A program made the position numbers and the translations under genes. Below the pieces are notes generated by a model that saw only the letters and a program-made list of their open reading frames with translations, did no database searches and was not told the origin of the DNA. A DNA stretch of 64,000 bases from Bacteroidota bacterium (lineage in GTDB: Bacteria; Bacteroidota; Bacteroidia; Cytophagales; UBA9547), in contig JANRJY010000081.1 of assembly GCA_033763735.1 (NCBI GenBank), positions 911-64,910 of the forward strand. Reading direction: 5' to 3'. Position 1 is the first letter of the stretch, and each line of letters opens with the position of its first letter. This document shows, one piece after another, positions 58,806 through 64,000 of this stretch.

Positions 58806-60020
58806 TTAAGCATCTAATTCTCCTGCAATCACATTCAATGAGCTCATTGTAATGATAGCATCCGATATTACCGAACCTTTGATCAATTCGGGATATGATT
58901 GATAATATATAAAGCAAGGTCTGCGAAAATGTAATCGGTAAGGAGTACGTCCGCCATCACTTATCAGATAATATCCCAGCTCACCATTGGCTCCTTCTAC
59001 TGAATGATATACTTCGCCTACAGGTGCATCAATTTCGCCCATTACTACTTTGAAATGATAGATTAGGGCTTCCATTTTGGTGTAAACATCCTGTTTTTTG
59101 GGCAAGTAAATACCTGGGGCTTCTGCATGATATACTCCCTTAGGCTCTTTTTTAATTTTTTCCAAAGCTTGTTGAATGATTCTAACACTTTGACGTATTT
59201 CTTCACTATTCACACAAAAACGATCGTAAGAATCGCCATTTTGACCAACTGGAACATCAAATTCAAAATCTTCATAAGAACTGTATGGCTCCATTACACG
59301 AACGTCATAGTCCACACCTGCAGCTCTTAAATTAGGGCCTGTAAAACTGTAATTTAATGCCCTTTCAGCACTAATAGGTCCGCAGCCAATCATACGGTCC
59401 ATGAATATTCTGTTTCTGATAAGCATGGACTCAAACTCATCATAATTTTTCTGAAAATCCTTTAAAAAAGCATCCAATTTCAAAAATACATTTTCATTGA
59501 AATCACGCTCAAACCCTCCAATCCTACCAATATTTGTAGTCAACCTGGCACCACAGATTTCCTCATAAATGTCATATATTTTTTCACGTTCTTGCATTAC
59601 ATACAAAAAGCCCGTTAAAGCACCAGAATCTACACCCAAAATACTATTACAAATCAAATGGTCAGCAATACGAGCAAGTTCCATAATAATTACGCGCATG
59701 TATTCCACTCTTTTTGGCAACTGTATTCCCAAAAGTTTTTCAGCTGTCATATGCCATCCCATATTATTAATAGGAGAAGAGCAATAATTCAACCGATCGG
59801 TTATAGGTGTAATTTGATAAAACGGTCTGCGTTCGGCAAGTTTCTCAAAAGCTCGGTGTATATATCCTATAGTAGATTCGCATGCAACAATTTTTTCGCC
59901 ATCTACTTCAAGTATATTTTGAAACACACCGTGTGTAGCTGGGTGCGTAGGACCTAAATTAATGGTAACTGTCTCTTTTTCAAGCTCATTTACCAGTTGT
60001 ATATGTTGTTTTTCGCTCAT
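58806..60020 (-). CDS. nuoD: NADH-quinone oxidoreductase subunit D
   Basis: NLGPTHPATHG, GYIHRAFEK, DRLNY, ELARIADH, GELD. Confidence 0.98.
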   Translation of the reverse strand: MSEKQHIQLVNELEKETVTINLGPTHPATHGVFQNILEVDGEKIVACESTIGYIHRAFEKLAERRPFYQITPITDRLNYCSSPINNMGWHMTAEKLLGIQLPKRVEYMRVIIMELARIADHLICNSILGVDSGALTGFLYVMQEREKIYDIYEEICGARLTTNIGRIGGFERDFNENVFLKLDAFLKDFQKNYDEFESMLIRNRIFMDRMIGCGPISAERALNYSFTGPNLRAAGVDYDVRVMEPYSSYEDFEFDVPVGQNGDSYDRFCVNSEEIRQSVRIIQQALEKIKKEPKGVYHAEAPGIYLPKKQDVYTKMEALIYHFKVVMGEIDAPVGEVYHSVEGANGELGYYLISDGGRTPYRLHFRRPCFIYYQSYPELIKGSVISDAIITMSSLNVIAGELDA

Positions 60021-60154
60021 TTTATTGCTAATGATTGATTGTTTTTTCGGTCTTTGATCAAATCGAAAATGTTGTATATTAAATATCCTAATATAATTAG
60101 AAAAAGAATTACAATCATAACCATCCCTATTGTATCATTATTATCGTTATTCAT
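60017..60154 (-). CDS. 45-aa single-TM small protein (below the ORF-track cutoff)
   Basis: MNNDNNDTIGMVMIVILFLIILGYLIYNIFDLIKDRKNNQSLAIK*; start overlaps the upstream stop (ATGAATAA) and its TGA overlaps the nuoD ATG (ATGA). Confidence 0.6.
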   Translation of the reverse strand: MNNDNNDTIGMVMIVILFLIILGYLIYNIFDLIKDRKNNQSLAIK

Positions 60155-60404
60155 ATTTTTTAAATTTGTTAATATCTTCTTTAATTCTATTTTGTAACAA
60201 TATCAAATATATAATTGCCCCTATCGCTAAAACACCGCCTCCAAATATCAGAAGCGTTATTTTTTTAAATTGAAGTACATTAAAGTTAATTATCATTCCA
60301 AATATTCCGCCTAGTAATAAGAGGGTAGCATAAAATCCGGAAGTGAATTTCAATGAATTAAATTTAATATTTTCTTCCAAATATTTCTTCATATACTTCA
60401 CCAT
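60147..60404 (-). CDS. Small two-TM hypothetical protein
   Basis: Two hydrophobic helices; ATG at 60404 lies 1 nt after the nuoC stop. Confidence 0.65.
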   Translation of the reverse strand: MVKYMKKYLEENIKFNSLKFTSGFYATLLLLGGIFGMIINFNVLQFKKITLLIFGGGVLAIGAIIYLILLQNRIKEDINKFKKYE

Positions 60405-60405
60405 T

Positions 60406-60906
60406 TTATCTGCCAAAGAAATAATCTTTTTTATCTACTCTGTTTGGATCTTCAAGTGGGTATTCTTTTCTCATTGGGAACACCTCCATTTCATCTACAT
60501 TTAATATTCTTTTCAAGTTTGGATGACCTTCAAATATTACTCCATAAAAATCAAAAGTTTCTCTTTCCATCCAATTGGCTCCTGCATACACAGTGGTTGC
60601 GGTTTTTATAACTGGATTTTCGATGGGTAAATAAAATTTCAATCTTAACCGTGTATTAGTTGTTAGGCTATGTAAGTGGTAAACTACACATAACTGAAGC
60701 ATAGCATCAGGGTAATGCACGGCAGTGATATCAGTTAAAAATTGAAAATTCAATTCATCATCATAATACAAAAACTGAAGTATATCAATATTAATTTCTT
60801 TAACAGCGGTAATTGTAAGCAACCCGTATGGAGACTCGTTAGATAATATTTGTTCTCCAAACTTAGATTGCAGTTTTTCAATAATTATGTTGTGTTCAAT
60901 AGCCAT
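60406..60906 (-). CDS. nuoC: NADH-quinone oxidoreductase subunit C
   Basis: FLTDITAVHY, ANWMERETFDFYG, GHPNLKRIL, PMRKEYPL. Confidence 0.97.
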   Translation of the reverse strand: MAIEHNIIIEKLQSKFGEQILSNESPYGLLTITAVKEINIDILQFLYYDDELNFQFLTDITAVHYPDAMLQLCVVYHLHSLTTNTRLRLKFYLPIENPVIKTATTVYAGANWMERETFDFYGVIFEGHPNLKRILNVDEMEVFPMRKEYPLEDPNRVDKKDYFFGR

Positions 60907-60908
60907 AA

Positions 60909-61487
60909 TTACACAGTTAAAGCGGGTTTGTTCTCGTTAAATTTATACTTTTCAAGCAATTTCTTATACTCATCAGAATTTCTATAGCTTAATTTTTCAT
61001 TAGTTGCTAAGTCTTGAATGCGCATAAATCCATCTATAATTTGCTCTGGTCGTGGTGGGCAACCAGGCACATATACATCTACCGGAATAATCTCATCTAT
61101 TCCTTGTAACACACTGTATGTATCAAATATACCACCCGATGAGGCACAAGCACCTACTGCCATTACCCAACGTGGTTCAGCCATTTGTTCATACACTTGA
61201 CGCACCACTGGTGCCATTTTTTTTGCTATGGTACCCATTACCATTAATACATCTGCTTGACGAGGCGAAAAACTAACGCGTTCGGATCCAAACCTGGCAA
61301 AATCGTAATGAGATGCCATTGTAGCCATAAATTCAATTCCACAACAAGATGTTGCAAAAGGTAACGGCCATAAGGAATTTGCTCTGGCTGCACCTATTAC
61401 ACTATCCAGTGAAGTGGCAAAAAAACCCGGCCCCTCCACACCCGCAGGTGTAGGCATTGTATTAATTTTGGTAGTTACGTTGCTCAT
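60909..61487 (-). CDS. nuoB: NADH-quinone oxidoreductase subunit B
   Basis: [30 protein letters not shown]. Confidence 0.98.
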   Translation of the reverse strand: MSNVTTKINTMPTPAGVEGPGFFATSLDSVIGAARANSLWPLPFATSCCGIEFMATMASHYDFARFGSERVSFSPRQADVLMVMGTIAKKMAPVVRQVYEQMAEPRWVMAVGACASSGGIFDTYSVLQGIDEIIPVDVYVPGCPPRPEQIIDGFMRIQDLATNEKLSYRNSDEYKKLLEKYKFNENKPALTV

Positions 61488-61537
61488 CTTAATTTTATTA
61501 ATATATCAATAACAAATAATTATTTGATGTTGTTTAA

Positions 61538-61900
61538 TTAATCCCAGTCTAATGCTTTTCTACGAATAACATAATAGAACCCAAAGAGTAGAAAAACCAT
61601 GAAAATTAACATTTCAATAAATCCTGTCAATCCTAATTCTCGGAAGTTAACAGCCCATGGATACATGAAAATAACCTCTACATCGAACAATACAAATAAA
61701 ATAGCAGTTAGAAAGTATTTAACAGAAAATGGGCTTCTTGCATTACCCACTGACTCAATTCCACATTCAAAAGCATCCAATTTGTTGGCAGTTTTGCGTT
61801 TTGGTCCTAAAAAATGGGTTCCTACCATTGTAGTAGCAACAAATCCAAGTGCAAAAAGGAATTGTAAAAATATAGGTAAATAATCAATTGGTAGGCTCAT
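61538..61900 (-). CDS. nuoA: NADH-quinone oxidoreductase subunit A
   Basis: FECG, AILFVLFDVE, YPWA, ALDW. Confidence 0.97.
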   Translation of the reverse strand: MSLPIDYLPIFLQFLFALGFVATTMVGTHFLGPKRKTANKLDAFECGIESVGNARSPFSVKYFLTAILFVLFDVEVIFMYPWAVNFRELGLTGFIEMLIFMVFLLFGFYYVIRRKALDWD

Positions 61901-61927
61901 GAATGATTGTATTAATTAATTTGCAGA

Positions 61928-61958
61928 CAAATTTAGTCGGATTCCTCTGCCTTGCAAA
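61928..61958 (-). promoter_or_regulatory. Bacteroidota promoter of the nuo operon
   Basis: Minus strand TTTG (61958-61955), 19-bp spacer, TAAATTTG (61935-61928). Confidence 0.75.
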
Positions 61959-62063
61959 ATGTAAAATGAATTATTAACATCCAAAAAAATTAAAGCAAAG
62001 TTTACATCAAATAGCAAAGAAAGCTTCTCCTACATTAAGTTTGGTAGCGGAAATGAAATATTA

Positions 62064-62804
62064 TTGTGTTTTCATGGCTATGGACTAAGCAAAGAAATAT
62101 TTATTCCATTGCAAAATTATGCCAACAACCGATATACTTTTTATTCATTTGATTTACTTTATCATGGCGAAAGCAAATGGGAAAATGAAAAAAACTCTCT
62201 AACAGAAATAAAATTACAAGAAATCATTGGCGCATTTTTGAAATCGGAAAAAATTGACTGCTTTTCACTCTTGGGATTTAGTATGGGTGGAAAAACGGTT
62301 TTAAAGCTAATAGAATTATTTCCAAAAAAAGTAAAGAATGTTTTTTTAATAGCACCTGACGGAATTAAAACCAGTATTTGGTATAATTTGGCTACTTATC
62401 CTTTGATTTTTTCTTCCCTATTCAAAGCCATTGTTCATAATCCTTATATTTTCGAACTAATAATTAAAATGATGCGAATGATTAATTTAATGGACAAAGG
62501 CATTTTAAAATTCGCTTTGAATGAGATGAACACTTCAGAAAAACGCAAAAGGGTTTATTATTCGTGGATAGTGTATAAAAAATTAAAACCAAATATTTCA
62601 AAATGTGTTGACATAATCAATGTTTATAAAATTCAATTATCAATGATTACAGGTGTCTTTGATAAAGTGATTAGAACTGAAGAAATGATAAAGTTTTGTA
62701 ATAGGCTGAATAGTTGCAACTTTGTAGAGCTGCGTTGTGGACATACTACTTTAATTCAACATTTCTGTATTGAAGAAAATCTTACAAAAGCTAAATTTAT
62801 ATAA
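62064..62804 (+). CDS. Alpha/beta hydrolase (true start uncertain, see findings)
   Basis: FHGYG, DLLYHGES, nucleophile elbow GFSMGG, D.V, GH. Confidence 0.8.
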   Translation: MCFHGYGLSKEIFIPLQNYANNRYTFYSFDLLYHGESKWENEKNSLTEIKLQEIIGAFLKSEKIDCFSLLGFSMGGKTVLKLIELFPKKVKNVFLIAPDGIKTSIWYNLATYPLIFSSLFKAIVHNPYIFELIIKMMRMINLMDKGILKFALNEMNTSEKRKRVYYSWIVYKKLKPNISKCVDIINVYKIQLSMITGVFDKVIRTEEMIKFCNRLNSCNFVELRCGHTTLIQHFCIEENLTKAKFI

Positions 62805-62805
62805 A

Positions 62806-63180
62806 ATGTCAAAAATTTGGGCAATCGTTGGGGCATCCTTAGGAGCCTTATCTGTAATGATAGGTGCTTTTGGAGCACATTCATTGAAAAATATGCTTAC
62901 AATTAATAATCGAATCGACACATTTGAAACGGCTGCCAGGTATCATATGTATCATGCTATAGCTATTTTGGTTTGTGGTATTCTTTTGGACTTAAAAAAA
63001 CATAATTTATTTTCGATTTCATCATGGCTATTTTTATGTGGAATTATTATATTTTCTGGTAGCCTTTATGCCCTATCAATCAGTGGGTTACGATGGCTTG
63101 GTGCTATTACTCCCATTGGTGGCATTTGTTTCATAACAGGTTGGATATTGTTGGCAGTGGCATTGTATAAAACTTTTTAA
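62806..63180 (+). CDS. DUF423/YgdD (TMEM256-like) membrane protein
   Basis: GAFGAH, FETAARYHMYHA, FSGSLY, GAITPIGG. Confidence 0.92.
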   Translation: MSKIWAIVGASLGALSVMIGAFGAHSLKNMLTINNRIDTFETAARYHMYHAIAILVCGILLDLKKHNLFSISSWLFLCGIIIFSGSLYALSISGLRWLGAITPIGGICFITGWILLAVALYKTF

Positions 63181-63282
63181 AAAAAAATGAGTATCTAATG
63201 TTAAATTTATGTTAATTTGTTTATTAACCTTTAATTGTTTAACTTAAAAAAGAAAGAAAATTTTTGATTGAAATCATAACCG

Positions 63283-63900
63283 ATGATTCACCCGAAGACG
63301 AAGCTCGTATATATCAATGACTTGGTAGGATACGGACTGTTTGCCACAGAATTTATACCAGAAGGCACTATTACTTATGTTAAAGATGCATTAGAAATAG
63401 AAATTCCTACTTCACAACTTTCGAAGTACAAACCCGAAATCAGAGATAATATTGAAAAATATTCCTATAGGGATGAAAAAGGCAATATGGTTTTGAGCTG
63501 GGACATGGGAAAGTACGTTAATCATTGTTGTACGCCAAATACAATAAGCACCGGATATGGTTTTGAAATAGCCATACGGGATATATTCGAAGGCGAACAA
63601 GTCACAGATGAATATGGAATATTCAATCTTGAATTTGAAATGATGTGTGAATGTGGAAGCAAAAACTGTCGAAAAATAGTTCAACCGGATGACTTCGACA
63701 ATTTATATCCAAAATGGGATGATCAAATTCAACAATCTATCAAAAAACTAAAAACCGTTGAGCAACCTCTTTGGGCATTTCTTGATGAAAAGGTACTTAA
63801 CCAACTTTTTGAATTAAGCAAAGGAATTGGCAAATACAGATCGGTGTACACATTGCGTTACAAGCAATTGGTACGCGACTTGGTATCTGTGAAAAGATAA
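63283..63900 (+). CDS. SET-domain protein (putative lysine methyltransferase) with post-SET motif
   Basis: GYGLFA, YVNHCCTPN, AIRDI..GE..T..Y, CECGSKNCR. Confidence 0.92.
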   Translation: MIHPKTKLVYINDLVGYGLFATEFIPEGTITYVKDALEIEIPTSQLSKYKPEIRDNIEKYSYRDEKGNMVLSWDMGKYVNHCCTPNTISTGYGFEIAIRDIFEGEQVTDEYGIFNLEFEMMCECGSKNCRKIVQPDDFDNLYPKWDDQIQQSIKKLKTVEQPLWAFLDEKVLNQLFELSKGIGKYRSVYTLRYKQLVRDLVSVKR

Positions 63901-63913
63901 ATTTAACAAATTG

Positions 63914-63948
63914 AAAAAGGCTGCAATTTATTGCAGCCATTATTTTTT
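63914..63948 (+). terminator. Rho-independent terminator, probably bidirectional
   Basis: aaaaa-GGCTGCAA-ttta-TTGCAGCC-attatttttt. Confidence 0.7.
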
Positions 63949-64000
63949 AATTGACTTTTAATAGGGTTGCGAAATCTTTATCAAATGTTTCTGTTCATCT

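Noticed and set aside
1-64000. Many 60-150-aa antisense or nested ORFs (e.g. 1533-1937, 12348-12797, 23103-23435, 42344-42793)
   Set aside because: Shadows of well-supported genes with no recognisable motifs
1-64000. CRISPR array, tRNA, rRNA, transposase, integrase or prophage
   Set aside because: No regularly spaced repeats, cloverleafs or recombinase motifs seen; intergenic regions are short

Overview
AT-rich chromosomal window from a Bacteroidota bacterium, most likely Cytophagales (fused LpxC-FabZ, T9SS cargo protein, TAnnTTTG promoters, tatA-gatA-mltD synteny). Most genes are housekeeping: lipid A/trmD, wzm-wza-wzc, rpsP-rimM-tsaB, dxs, purE, purD, gatA, trpD and nuoA-F. Accessory content includes a 1760-aa T9SS-secreted SGNH esterase on a 12-repeat Ig-like stalk, two 7TM-DISM receptors, and a sulfatase/FGE/GH78 rhamnosidase locus with no SusC/D. 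I saw no rRNA, tRNA, CRISPR array or intact transposase. The main observations not covered by the ORF track are: (1) a ~0.8-kb islet bounded by a 44-bp duplication of a response-regulator 3' end, carrying a frameshifted orphan Imm8 immunity gene and an inverted REP pair; (2) a six-gene cassette whose first gene overlaps the nuoF stop, encoding an apparently exported YidD paralog, two TPR/membrane-hairpin proteins (one frameshifted) and three tandem paralogs; (3) small coupled membrane-protein genes and a Uma2 gene inserted inside the nuo operon. All calls come from reading motifs by eye; no database searches were run.
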